Shown here in pieces: positions 19,113 to 28,477 of a stretch of 64,000 bases of DNA. Numbering within the stretch: the first letter of the stretch is position 1; each line of letters opens with the position of its first letter. The notes under the pieces were generated by a model that saw only the letters and a program-made list of their open reading frames with translations, ran no database searches and was not told the origin of the DNA. Location of the stretch: positions 230,469 through 294,468 of the forward strand of contig JAHPZE010000004.1 of the NCBI GenBank assembly GCA_019058365.1. Direction: 5' to 3'. The translations under genes and the position numbers were made by a program. Source of the DNA: Promethearchaeota archaeon. Lineage in GTDB: Archaea; Asgardarchaeota; Lokiarchaeia; Sigyniarchaeales; SOKP01.

Positions 19113-19412
19113 TAATTATACCCTCTCATATATTTATATAATAATGTAAAGGGGTATTTTTGATTCTTTATAAATCTTGTTTGTAAATTTATGAGAAATT
19201 ATTATCAAGATATCAATATAAAACTCTCGTTAATCCATTTATTAACCATCACTGGATCCTGCACCTACCCTAATTTTTTTCGTTAAATATAGATAGAAAT
19301 TAGATCCTTCAATGCAATCTATAAAAATTATAAAGTTAGTAAATAGGCTTATATATGAATTTTACTAGTTAATGTTTTAAACTATAAACTAAATGATACA
19401 AAGAGGATTTAA

Positions 19413-20312
19413 ATGGTTAAAATAGATAAACTAAATAATGTAATTACAGCTATGATCACTCCGTTTAATGAAGATTTATCATTAAACGAAGAGAAATATA
19501 GAGAATTTATTCGGTTTCAAATTGATAATGGGTGTCAAATCTTAACAATGGGCACGACTGGAGAGAGTGCTACAATGTCTCATGAAGAACACCACCAAGC
19601 TATGGAAATTGCAGTGGATGAGGCATCTAAAAGTAATAAAAACCCATTCGTGCTTGCGGGAACAGGGAGTAATTCTACTAAGGAATCTATTTCCTTATCT
19701 CAATATGCTGAGAAGATAGGGGTAGATGGGATATTACTAGTTGTACCCTATTATAATAAGCCAGTGCAGCATTCGCTTATAGACCATTTTTCAGAAATTG
19801 CTGATTCCATATCTCTTCCAATAGTTTTATATAATGTTCCAAGTCGCACAGGAACAAATTTAGAACCTGAAACTATATCTAAATTAGCAAATACTAAAGA
19901 TAATATTGTAGGAATAAAATGTGCGAGTGGAAACATTGATCAGATTACTAAAATCATTAAAAATACTCCTGATGATTTTATTGTATTAAGTGGAGATGAT
20001 AGTTTTACATATCACATTATGGCTTTGGGGGGGAAGGGAGTTATTAGCGTGGCCTCTAATATTATTCCTTCAAAGATGGTTGAATTCACTAATACTATGC
20101 TTAAAAATGAATGGAATAAAGCTAGGGTTTTGCAATTGGAACTCTATGATTTATTCAAGGTTCTTTTCATCGAAACTAATCCTGGACCGGTAAAATTTGC
20201 TGCTGAGCTTATGGGTTTAATGAATAAAAGGATGAGGATGCCATTAACTCCCCCATTAGAAGCTAATCAAATGAAAATAAAAGAAGTATTAGAAAAACTA
20301 CATCTAATTTAA
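19413..20312 (+). CDS. dapA: 4-hydroxy-tetrahydrodipicolinate synthase
   Basis: TAMITPF, GTTGES, AGTGSNST, PYYNKP, LYNVPSRTG, GIKCASG, FIETNPGPVK. Confidence 0.96.
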   Translation: MVKIDKLNNVITAMITPFNEDLSLNEEKYREFIRFQIDNGCQILTMGTTGESATMSHEEHHQAMEIAVDEASKSNKNPFVLAGTGSNSTKESISLSQYAEKIGVDGILLVVPYYNKPVQHSLIDHFSEIADSISLPIVLYNVPSRTGTNLEPETISKLANTKDNIVGIKCASGNIDQITKIIKNTPDDFIVLSGDDSFTYHIMALGGKGVISVASNIIPSKMVEFTNTMLKNEWNKARVLQLELYDLFKVLFIETNPGPVKFAAELMGLMNKRMRMPLTPPLEANQMKIKEVLEKLHLI

Positions 20313-20332
20313 TTAATAAAAGAGGTCAAAAT

Positions 20333-21154
20333 ATGATTAAATTATTAATTTTAGGACCAACTGGCACAACGAGTAAGCTAATAAGTAAATTAGCTTTAAT
20401 AGACCAAGAAATAGATGTTGTTGCGGCATGTGATATCACTAATATCGGTGGTGATTTAGGTTTCTTAATAGGTGTAAAAGATCCAAATAATATAAAAATA
20501 AATGATGTAGATGATCTACGAGACATAATTAATAAAACTCACCCAGATGTAGCAGTAGATTTTACTGTGGCACAAGCAACTGAAAAAAATTGCGTAATAT
20601 GTGTTGAGAATGGAATACGATGTGTAATTGGTACAACTGCATTATCAGAAGGTTTTTTTACTACGTTTGAAGAACTTGTAAAAAAGAATAAAGCACCGGC
20701 AGTAATATCACCTAATATGGCTACTGGAGTTAACATACTCTTTAAAATGGCATCAATATTAACTAAATATTTAGCTGAATGGGATATTGAAGTGTTAGAA
20801 GCACATCATAATAGAAAAATTGACGCTCCAAGTGGTACTGCAATGAAAATAGGACAGATAATAAGTGAAACACTTGGATCTAATTTTGAAGATATAGCTA
20901 AATTTGGTCGAAGTCGGGGACCTAATAAGCGTTCAGTTGGCGCTAAAAATGAAATTGGAATTCATTCTATTAGAGCAGGTGATATTATAGGAGACCATAC
21001 AATATTATATGCTGGACTTGGAGAAAGAATTGAATTGAGACATCAAGCTCATAGTAGAGAATGTTTTGCTAATGGGGCATTAAAAGCAATTAAATTTATT
21101 ACAACTGCTAAAGAAAATAAGATATACTCCACAAGTGAAGTATTAGGCTTATAA
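20333..21154 (+). CDS. dapB: 4-hydroxy-tetrahydrodipicolinate reductase
   Basis: VDFT, VIGTT, SPNMATGVN, EAHHNRKIDAPSGTA, SIRAGDIIGDH. Confidence 0.96.
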   Translation: MIKLLILGPTGTTSKLISKLALIDQEIDVVAACDITNIGGDLGFLIGVKDPNNIKINDVDDLRDIINKTHPDVAVDFTVAQATEKNCVICVENGIRCVIGTTALSEGFFTTFEELVKKNKAPAVISPNMATGVNILFKMASILTKYLAEWDIEVLEAHHNRKIDAPSGTAMKIGQIISETLGSNFEDIAKFGRSRGPNKRSVGAKNEIGIHSIRAGDIIGDHTILYAGLGERIELRHQAHSRECFANGALKAIKFITTAKENKIYSTSEVLGL

Positions 21155-21188
21155 AAGAAAATCTCCTTTATGGTAATACTTTTAGAAA

Positions 21189-21340
21189 AGATAAAATTAT
21201 AAAAAAGATCAGTGCAGATCAGTATCATCATCAATCTTCTTAATTGTAAAACTCTGCGTAGATTTCATAAAGCCAACACTTCATCGAGAGCATTAAGGGG
21301 TATCCAAGCCCTAATAGTCCCACTTTTTATAATTTTATCT
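21189..21340. repeat. Perfect 17-bp inverted repeat (AGATAAAATTATAAAAA) enclosing 118 bp
   Basis: Arms at 21189-21205 and 21324-21340. Confidence 0.85.
21207..21321 (-). ncRNA. Candidate double-guide C/D-box sRNA with a 5' hairpin
   Basis: Minus strand reads: C-like TCGATGA, 12 nt, D' ATGA, AATCT/AGATT stem, C' ATGATGA, 12 nt, D CTGA, T6. Confidence 0.55.
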
Positions 21341-21399
21341 CAATATAATAATAATAGACATAAATTTTTATTTTTGTTGGTTGAGTAAAGCAATTATAA

Positions 21400-22725
21400 T
21401 TATTTCAAATAATCTGGAACTATTTGATTTCTTATTAGGTCATCAAACGTTTCTTCATTACGGATTTTGAATATATTACCATCATTTATTAAGAGTTCTG
21501 CTGGTCTTGGTCTTGAATTATAAGAACTACTCATAGTAAATCCATACGCACCCGCATCTAATATTGCGAGATAGTCTCCTTCGTTCAATTCGGGTAAATC
21601 TCTTTCCTTACCAAGGATATCTCCTGATTCACATATAGGTCCTACAATATCATATTTCAATATTTTTTCTTTATTTCTCTGATTGCAAACTATAATATGA
21701 TGATATGAGCCATACAAAGTAGGCCGAATTAAAGTGTTAAATCCCGCATCTAACCCGGCAAACAATTTATAACCATTATCTTTTATGGTGTTTATTTGTG
21801 TTAAAATAATGCTTGATTCTGCTGAAATATAACGTCCAGGTTCAATAAAAAGAAAAGGTTCTCCAATTTCTCCTTTTTCTACAATTTCTTTAAATCTAGT
21901 AAAAACAATTTCACTATATATATTTAAATCAATCGGATCCTGTTCTGGATGATAGGGAATTCCAAGACCTCCCCCAAAGTCTACAAACTCAAATTGAATC
22001 CCTAATTGCGATGACAATTTTTCTATAATAGTAAGAAATTTCTCAGTAGGGTTTTCATAATTTTTAGTATCAATAATCCCCGACCCAATATGCTGGTGAA
22101 TCCCGAATTTTTTAAAACCTAATTCCTTAGCCTTCGTATATGCTTTAATCATCTGATTCTCTAATATACCAAATTTAATTTCTTTCCCTGCTGTTATAGT
22201 ATGAGGATGATGTCCCGCTCCGAATTCAGGATTAAACCTAAAAGAAATGATTGATTTATCTTTTCCTTTTTTCTCATATATTTTTGCTAATCTAATTAAT
22301 TGGCTATAGCTGTCTAAGTTAGTTAGCACATTATTATCAATAGCAAATTTAAAATCATTATTAGTAAACATATTTCCCGTATATATTATTCGATCTGGTG
22401 AAACCCCCGATTTCAAACATGTATAAATCTCTCCTGTTGATGAGCAATCTAAACTTGATCCTTCAGAAACTAATATTTTTAAAATTGATAAATTAGTATT
22501 TGATTTTATGGCATAGTAGATTTTATTTCTTTTATATCCTAAATTCAAAGTATCTTTTAATTCTCTATACCTCTCTCGAATCTTTTGTTCATTTATAACA
22601 TAAATAGGAGTACCAAATTTTTTTGCAATTTCTAATGTATTCAAATTAGCAAAATATAGATTTCCATCGCGGTATTCTAAATCTTTCCTATCCAACCAAT
22701 CAATATAATTCATAATATAACACAA
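21400..22725 (-). CDS. lysA: Diaminopimelate decarboxylase
   Basis: FGTPIYV, YAIKSN (PLP Lys), HQHIGS, DFGGGLG, EPGRY, GPICESGD, AGAYG, YNSRPRP. Confidence 0.96.
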   Translation of the reverse strand: MCYIMNYIDWLDRKDLEYRDGNLYFANLNTLEIAKKFGTPIYVINEQKIRERYRELKDTLNLGYKRNKIYYAIKSNTNLSILKILVSEGSSLDCSSTGEIYTCLKSGVSPDRIIYTGNMFTNNDFKFAIDNNVLTNLDSYSQLIRLAKIYEKKGKDKSIISFRFNPEFGAGHHPHTITAGKEIKFGILENQMIKAYTKAKELGFKKFGIHQHIGSGIIDTKNYENPTEKFLTIIEKLSSQLGIQFEFVDFGGGLGIPYHPEQDPIDLNIYSEIVFTRFKEIVEKGEIGEPFLFIEPGRYISAESSIILTQINTIKDNGYKLFAGLDAGFNTLIRPTLYGSYHHIIVCNQRNKEKILKYDIVGPICESGDILGKERDLPELNEGDYLAILDAGAYGFTMSSSYNSRPRPAELLINDGNIFKIRNEETFDDLIRNQIVPDYLK

Positions 22726-22788
22726 TTAGGTTATTAAAGTGATTTATTTCTGAGAAAATCAAATTAATCTTCTCTTAAAAGTAACTCG

Positions 22789-23670
22789 TTAAATCTCGAT
22801 TCTCTCAATTATACCATCAAAAACTTTTTCTATCGGACCTTCCATAAGAACTCTTTTGCCATTATAGGTTATCTTTAAATCCCCGCCGTCGTTATGCACT
22901 AATATAGGTGTATTTTCTTCAAAAATACCCAATATAGTGCCTGCTACAACAGAAGCACAAGCTCCTGTACCACATGATTTAGTGATTCCAACACCTCTTT
23001 CAAACACTCTTACAATGCTCTCTTTCTCAGAAATTATATTAACGAATTCAACGTTTACCTTATTTGGAAAGCACTCATGAGATTCTATTGCCGCTCCATA
23101 CATATTTAATTTGTTATCATTTAGGAGTTCTTTGGTAAATATAACTGCGTGTGGATTTCCCATTGAAACCGCCGTAAAGTTAAAAATTTTATCCAAAATC
23201 ACTAATTGTTCATTAACACATCGATTCACCAGGCTATCTAAAATAACAGGAATTTCTTCACAATTCAGAATTGGTGGTCCCATATCAATTTCCACACTAT
23301 TAACTTTATGATCAACAATGTTAAGTTTTGCTAATAGGATACCCTTGAGAGTTTCTATTGTGATCTCCTCTTTTTTTACAATATCATTCTCATAGATATA
23401 TTTTGAAAAACATCTTATCCCATTCCCACACATTTCCGCTTCTAATCCATCATTATTAAATATCCTCATTTTAATATCAGCATCTTTAGATTCACAAACA
23501 AAAATTAAACCATCTGCTCCTATTGAAAAATGAATTTCACACAATTTTAGTGCTAAGGATGATTTTTTCTCTTCTGGAATATTCCATCTAATATCATTAA
23601 TTATTACATAATCATTACCTAATCCATGATATTTACCAAAATCCAAATTTTCTATAATTAAATACGCCAT
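22789..23670 (-). CDS. dapF: Diaminopimelate epimerase
   Basis: KYHGLGNDY, GADG, EMCGNGIRC, SMGNPHAV, NVEF, ERGVGITKSCGTG. Confidence 0.96.
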   Translation of the reverse strand: MAYLIIENLDFGKYHGLGNDYVIINDIRWNIPEEKKSSLALKLCEIHFSIGADGLIFVCESKDADIKMRIFNNDGLEAEMCGNGIRCFSKYIYENDIVKKEEITIETLKGILLAKLNIVDHKVNSVEIDMGPPILNCEEIPVILDSLVNRCVNEQLVILDKIFNFTAVSMGNPHAVIFTKELLNDNKLNMYGAAIESHECFPNKVNVEFVNIISEKESIVRVFERGVGITKSCGTGACASVVAGTILGIFEENTPILVHNDGGDLKITYNGKRVLMEGPIEKVFDGIIERIEI

Positions 23671-23809
23671 GAAATCTCTAAGGTATATGCTTAAGACAAT
23701 ATTATTAAATTTTATTCAAAATTCAACAAAAAGATCTAAAGTGAATTTTAATTAAAACTCATAATTATATTATAATATATTTTTTGAATATGTTACGGTA
23801 ACTTTTATA

Positions 23810-24361
23810 ATGAATTATAAAAAGATATTAATATCAATTTTTTTACTTTTGATGATAGTTCCAATTAATAATACTATAGCTTTCACTTATATTGATAATG
23901 TTAATAATGGAAATTACACTTTCTTCCTAACTGATTTGGATGAAAGCCAAAATATTGAGCTTAGTTTAACTCATACCGAAAGTGGAAATTTTACTCTTTT
24001 TCTGTTCAACGTAAGACCTGTACAATCTTATATAAATAATGATAATACTTTAAATAAAGTCATTTTTAATACTCCACCTACTGTTGCATATAGTCTGGAC
24101 GATAACCCATATATCAATTATACAGCAACAGAAGAAAAGATTTATTATATTGAGATAATATTAGTCAGTGGTGGACCAGATACTTTTTTTTTAACATCTA
24201 CTATAACTTATACCAACGGAACAGTAATAAATAAAGATTTAACAAGATATTACCTCCCAATAATACCTGGTTTTGAATTAGAATTGGTTATATTTTCACT
24301 AATCTTTGCTTTAGGGCTAATTATTATCTATTACAAGAAAAGTATTAGAAGAATTTCATAG
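23810..24361 (+). CDS. Secreted/surface protein with a Loki-CTERM-like sorting signal
   Basis: N-terminal signal peptide; C-terminal IIPGF + TM helix + KKSIRR. Confidence 0.75.
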   Translation: MNYKKILISIFLLLMIVPINNTIAFTYIDNVNNGNYTFFLTDLDESQNIELSLTHTESGNFTLFLFNVRPVQSYINNDNTLNKVIFNTPPTVAYSLDDNPYINYTATEEKIYYIEIILVSGGPDTFFLTSTITYTNGTVINKDLTRYYLPIIPGFELELVIFSLIFALGLIIIYYKKSIRRIS

Positions 24362-24524
24362 TAAAAGACGAAATCCGACATTAATACTTTTTAAATAATT
24401 GTCAAATTCAATAAACAAATTTTAAATTTTTTATAATGTTTTTTTCAATATTAATAAAATTTTTAGATTAAAAGTGTGATGAAAAATTTCATTCGATGAA
24501 TTAAGCAAAAAATTAGCTAAATTT

Positions 24525-25679
24525 ATGAAAGATACTGAAGAAATCGAACTCCAAGATGTAGATTTGTTTGCCGAATATCTTGAATTTCAAATGCTTCCAA
24601 GCATCGTACAAGCTGCTGCTCAAGCTGTACTGCCGGGAGTTCCAGGGAAAGCAGAATGGACACCTGCTAAATTTTCACTTGACTTAGAATATCCCGGAAA
24701 GATTGAAACTGTTGAATTTGTCCGTTCAAAGGGTAAAAGAGTTACTATTGGTGGTGAAGTAGTACCTCCATTTTACAATTTTTTGGGACTTGCTAAAAGA
24801 AATCCCCATCCTCCCCTCGTTACTTATGATGTATTTGATATGGGTGCGGAAATGATGCTTCCAAAACCAATTAAGGAAGAATATGCTGATGTATTAGGAC
24901 ATCCCGCTGAATGGGCCAAATTTGCTGTTGATAAGTTTGGTGCGGAATGTGTAACATTTCATTCACTTGGAATCGACCCTGGTACATTAGATTGGCCAAT
25001 TTCAAAATCTAAAAAGTTATTTGAAGACATTCTCCAAGCTGTTGACGTTCCTGTTATTATTGGGTGCTCAGGGAATAAAAAGAAAGATGTAGAAATGTTC
25101 ACAGAATTAGCAGCTATCTCTGAAAGCGAAGTTTTGATGTTATCTGCTGCTGATAAAGCAACATGGGAAGAAGTTATCCCTCTAGCTGTGAAATATGATC
25201 ATAACTGCTTACTTTGGACGAGCTTAGATCTTAATAACCAAATTAAAATGAATAAAGATGCCTTGGAACTTGGACTTCCCCGTAATAGAATAGTAATGGA
25301 CCCTACATGTGCTACATTAGGTTACGGTATGGAATATTCATTTAGTATTTATCAGAGAATGCGCGTTGCTGGATTATTAGGTGAAACGGATTTAGCATAT
25401 CCCATAAGTGGAGGAACTACTAATGCTTGGGGTGCTAGGGAAGCTTGGATGAGCGAAAAAATAGCACCTGAATGGGGGTTAAGGCAATATCGTGGTCCTA
25501 TGTGGGAGATTATTAATGCTTTAAGTTTATCGCTTGTAGGCTTAGATCTTGCAATGATGTTCAATCCAATAAGTGCTTCCCACTTCAAGGACATTACTAA
25601 GCAGTTTTTCGCAGAAATCCCAAGGCATTTAGAAGACAAGGGGTATTACGATTGGGTTTCAGCAAATTTAAAAAGATAA
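24525..25679 (+). CDS. cdhD: Corrinoid Fe-S protein small (delta) subunit of the ACDS/CODH complex
   Basis: VTIGGEVVPPFY, AVDVPVIIGCSG, IVMDPTCATLGYGMEYS, TNAWGAREAWM, RGPMWE. Confidence 0.92.
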   Translation: MKDTEEIELQDVDLFAEYLEFQMLPSIVQAAAQAVLPGVPGKAEWTPAKFSLDLEYPGKIETVEFVRSKGKRVTIGGEVVPPFYNFLGLAKRNPHPPLVTYDVFDMGAEMMLPKPIKEEYADVLGHPAEWAKFAVDKFGAECVTFHSLGIDPGTLDWPISKSKKLFEDILQAVDVPVIIGCSGNKKKDVEMFTELAAISESEVLMLSAADKATWEEVIPLAVKYDHNCLLWTSLDLNNQIKMNKDALELGLPRNRIVMDPTCATLGYGMEYSFSIYQRMRVAGLLGETDLAYPISGGTTNAWGAREAWMSEKIAPEWGLRQYRGPMWEIINALSLSLVGLDLAMMFNPISASHFKDITKQFFAEIPRHLEDKGYYDWVSANLKR

Positions 25680-25808
25680 TTTTCAATTCTTTTTTTTCAC
25701 TTTATTGTTAACAATATGAATTCCTAGATTTGTATACTTATTGAAATTTTCCAATAAAGACATAACAAATCTCTTGTATATTAGTAATTGATTTATTTTA
25801 TAAATTTG

Positions 25809-26012
25809 TTAAGGAAGTTTTGCGTCTGGACGAGCTTCTGTAGCAGGTTTGCCTTCTATTCCCCAATGGGCCTTTGGAACTTCATGGACAAGAACCTCTA
25901 CTGCTTGTGCTGGAATACCCATATCAACAAAAACTTTAGTTATTCCAGCTATTATTTGTTTAACACTCTCTTCAGAAATTCCTTTCCACATATTTACATG
26001 AACTATTGGCAT
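25809..26012 (-). CDS. 4-oxalocrotonate tautomerase family protein
   Basis: True start M-P (MPIVHVNMWKG..., catalytic Pro1) at 26012 with AAGGTG SD; HWGIEG near the C-terminus. The ORF-track extension to 26156 is spurious. Confidence 0.9.
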   Translation of the reverse strand: MPIVHVNMWKGISEESVKQIIAGITKVFVDMGIPAQAVEVLVHEVPKAHWGIEGKPATEARPDAKLP

Positions 26013-26098
26013 ATTATAACACCTTAATCTATATATTATATTATTGAAAATAAAAATAACTAATTTATTCTTCTTGTGATCTAAAAAAAACTCATATT

Positions 26099-26170
26099 TT
26101 TGCTGAAGTTCGAAAAATTTTAGACGATATAGGTTATTACGATTGGGTTTCTGCAAATTTAAAACGTTAG
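26099..26170 (+). repeat. Orphan second copy of the cdhD 3' end
   Basis: Encodes FAEVRKILDDIGYYDWVSANLKR*, versus cdhD 25608-25679 FAEIPRHLEDKGYYDWVSANLKR*. Confidence 0.92.
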
Positions 26171-26283
26171 AAATGACTATTTTTTATTTCATTTTTTCTA
26201 AAATTTAGATATACCGTTTTGTTTTCAATTCCTAGTATTAATAAATATATAGTATCTTAGATAAAGAACAAGTTAAACTCTTT

Positions 26284-26571
26284 TTAGGTATATGAATAGA
26301 AATTGTATTGAATTTCCTTTTCATCGAGCCATTCTCTAAATTCTGTATCAGTCTTAAACCGATCTTTTATTAAATTTAATAAAACCGAATATGTGTTTTC
26401 AGCTTTTACCGTTAGCCAATATTCATGATCAAAATCTCCAAAAAATTCTTTTACTGATTGACCACAATCGTATCCTGAAAGAACTAAATCGTTATTTTCC
26501 TTAATTTCCGCAATAAGACTATGTATTTCATTTTCTTTAGTTTTATAATCGTAAATTATAATTTTTTTCAT
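26284..26571 (-). CDS. Hypothetical protein
   Basis: 95-aa ORF with GGAG SD. Confidence 0.7.
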   Translation of the reverse strand: MKKIIIYDYKTKENEIHSLIAEIKENNDLVLSGYDCGQSVKEFFGDFDHEYWLTVKAENTYSVLLNLIKDRFKTDTEFREWLDEKEIQYNFYSYT

Positions 26572-26664
26572 AAGATCTCTCCATTTTTAGAAGTAAATCA
26601 GAATTTAGTTTAATTTTCTAATAAAACTGAGGGAGTAAATATACATTTTTAATTTTTTTTCTCT

Positions 26665-26988
26665 TTATTCTTTTTCTAAGCATTTCCATGAGTCTACAAC
26701 TAATTGATATTCGAAGTAATCATCATGTATTTTGGATCTTGGATTTTTGCGTGTGTCCTCTACTTTTATTAATTTACCGATGATCTCTATTTTTTCTTCA
26801 CAATTAATTTTATTCTTAGTATAAATTAAAATTTGATACCCATCATCTAAATCGAAGTAATTCATATGTGGATGAGTATCAACGAAAGTCGCGAGATGTT
26901 GCCACATTACTTTAGAAACTTTTCCAATAATCTTAACCTTTTCATCTACATTACCAGCAAAATCAGAATATGAGGAGATAGTTGTCAT
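26665..26988 (-). CDS. Hypothetical protein (possible OB-fold)
   Basis: 107-aa ORF; the VKIIGKV...IEIIGKL...YQLVV pattern suggests an OB fold. Confidence 0.6.
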   Translation of the reverse strand: MTTISSYSDFAGNVDEKVKIIGKVSKVMWQHLATFVDTHPHMNYFDLDDGYQILIYTKNKINCEEKIEIIGKLIKVEDTRKNPRSKIHDDYFEYQLVVDSWKCLEKE

Positions 26989-27103
26989 TATTATAATATT
27001 TTAAGAAATTTTAATTTATGAGGACATTATTATTATTTAAGATTCATGTGTATATATCCATAATGTAATATTTAATCATATAAGATTTTTAAGGGGATTT
27101 CAA

Positions 27104-27895
27104 TTGGACAATAAAGATGTTGGACAATATTGGGATGAGAATGCTGAAAATTGGATTAAGCTCGCAAGAATGGGATATGACCGATGTAGAGACCTAATCA
27201 ATTCTCCTGCCTTTTTCAAAATGCTACCAGATATATCAAATTTAAAAGGTTTAGATATTGGTTGTGGAGAAGGGCATAATACCAGAATCGCAGCAAAAAA
27301 AGGGGGAAGAATGACAGCTATTGACATTTCTGAAGTATTTATTAACTATGCAATTGAATCTGAGCAAGAAGAACCATTAGGAATTAAATACAAAGTTGCT
27401 AGTGGTACAGAACTCCCCTATTCAGACAATTGTTTTGATTTTGTAATTGCTACAATGAGTTTAATGGATATGGCTGAAAATGAAAAAGCGATACAAGAAG
27501 CCTTTAGAGTTTTGAAACCTGGAGGTTTCTTTCAGTTTTCAATTACTCATCCCTTTATTAGCAATTCAGATTTTAGATGGATGAGGAATGAAGAGGGTAA
27601 AAAAATTGGATTTATTATAGAAGATTATTTTAAGAAATTCAATGGTGAACTTGAAGAGTGGATATTCGGGGCAGCCCCTAAAGAAGTTACTAAAAAAATG
27701 AGAAAGTTTAAAATTCCACGATTTACTCGAACTTTATCTGAATCGTTGAATTTATTGATTGAAAATGGTTTCATTCTAGAAAAGTTTTGTGAACCCTATG
27801 CCGCAGACGATATTTTAAAAAAATATCCAGAAGAATACGATAGTAGGATAATTCCATATTTCTTAATTATAAGATGCAGAAAACCTTTAAAGTAA
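27104..27895 (+). CDS. Class I SAM-dependent methyltransferase
   Basis: LDIGCGEG, AIDIS, FDFV, RVLKPGG. Confidence 0.92.
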   Translation: MDNKDVGQYWDENAENWIKLARMGYDRCRDLINSPAFFKMLPDISNLKGLDIGCGEGHNTRIAAKKGGRMTAIDISEVFINYAIESEQEEPLGIKYKVASGTELPYSDNCFDFVIATMSLMDMAENEKAIQEAFRVLKPGGFFQFSITHPFISNSDFRWMRNEEGKKIGFIIEDYFKKFNGELEEWIFGAAPKEVTKKMRKFKIPRFTRTLSESLNLLIENGFILEKFCEPYAADDILKKYPEEYDSRIIPYFLIIRCRKPLK

Positions 27896-27923
27896 AAATT
27901 TAAAATTGCTTTCTTAACTCATG

Positions 27924-28403
27924 CTAAATTTCCTTAGCAAATTCATAAATTATTGAACCAAAGAAATCACTAGTCTTTCCGGTTTTTTTAAATCCTTGGT
28001 TTTTATAAAAATTTTGAGCTCTTTCTAAAATTGCTGTTGTATCTAATGTTAATAATGTACAACCTTCTGATCGAGCATCTGTCTCTATTCTTCGCAATAA
28101 AGCTGTTGCAGGACTATTCATTCCTTTTCTAATAGGAATTACTGCCATCCCACGTATGTGAGCTTCTTCATTATTAACTTTCTGCCATCCTATTGTCCCT
28201 ATTATTTTTCCTTTTAAATCAACTGCTACATACATAGTCATATAACTCATACGATTTATCACAGCTTCTTGTGACATAACAGTATCATGAAAACCTTCCG
28301 AGGTATAGTAATTACGATATTCCTCAAATGCAGCTAATAGAACTTTATGAATATTATTGGCATCATTAGGTATGGCTTTACGAATTAAATAATCTTTTTT
28401 CAT
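27924..28403 (-). CDS. GNAT acetyltransferase
   Basis: IRKAIPND, IRGMAV, LTLDT, AQNFYKNQGF. ATG at 28403 preferred over TTG at 28412. Confidence 0.88.
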   Translation of the reverse strand: MKKDYLIRKAIPNDANNIHKVLLAAFEEYRNYYTSEGFHDTVMSQEAVINRMSYMTMYVAVDLKGKIIGTIGWQKVNNEEAHIRGMAVIPIRKGMNSPATALLRRIETDARSEGCTLLTLDTTAILERAQNFYKNQGFKKTGKTSDFFGSIIYEFAKEI

Positions 28404-28477
28404 TATTGACAAGAGAAAATAAAAAAGAAATTGGATTTAAATGTTTTTCTTAGGTTAAGTTTCAATTAATTTTTAGC

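Larger units (their letters stand above)
17787..19270. mobile_element. Non-autonomous IS-like cargo element (no transposase) with TIRs and an 8-bp TSD
   Basis: Left end GGGTATTTACAAAATCCAGTGATAGCTAAT versus reverse-complemented right end GGGTAGGTGCAGGATCCAGTGATGGTTAAT (23/30 identical, ungapped). TAATTTTT flanks both sides (17779-17786 and 19271-19278). Confidence 0.75.

Noticed and set aside
21225-21270. SECIS-like ATGA...GA core in the dapB-lysA spacer
   Set aside because: Neither flanking gene has an in-frame TGA, and the C/D-box reading with two 12-nt guides explains the motif better.
26013-26156. 48-aa N-terminal extension of the tautomerase in the ORF track
   Set aside because: The family needs Pro1, an SD precedes ATG 26012, and the extension is partly the antisense of the orphan cdhD tail.
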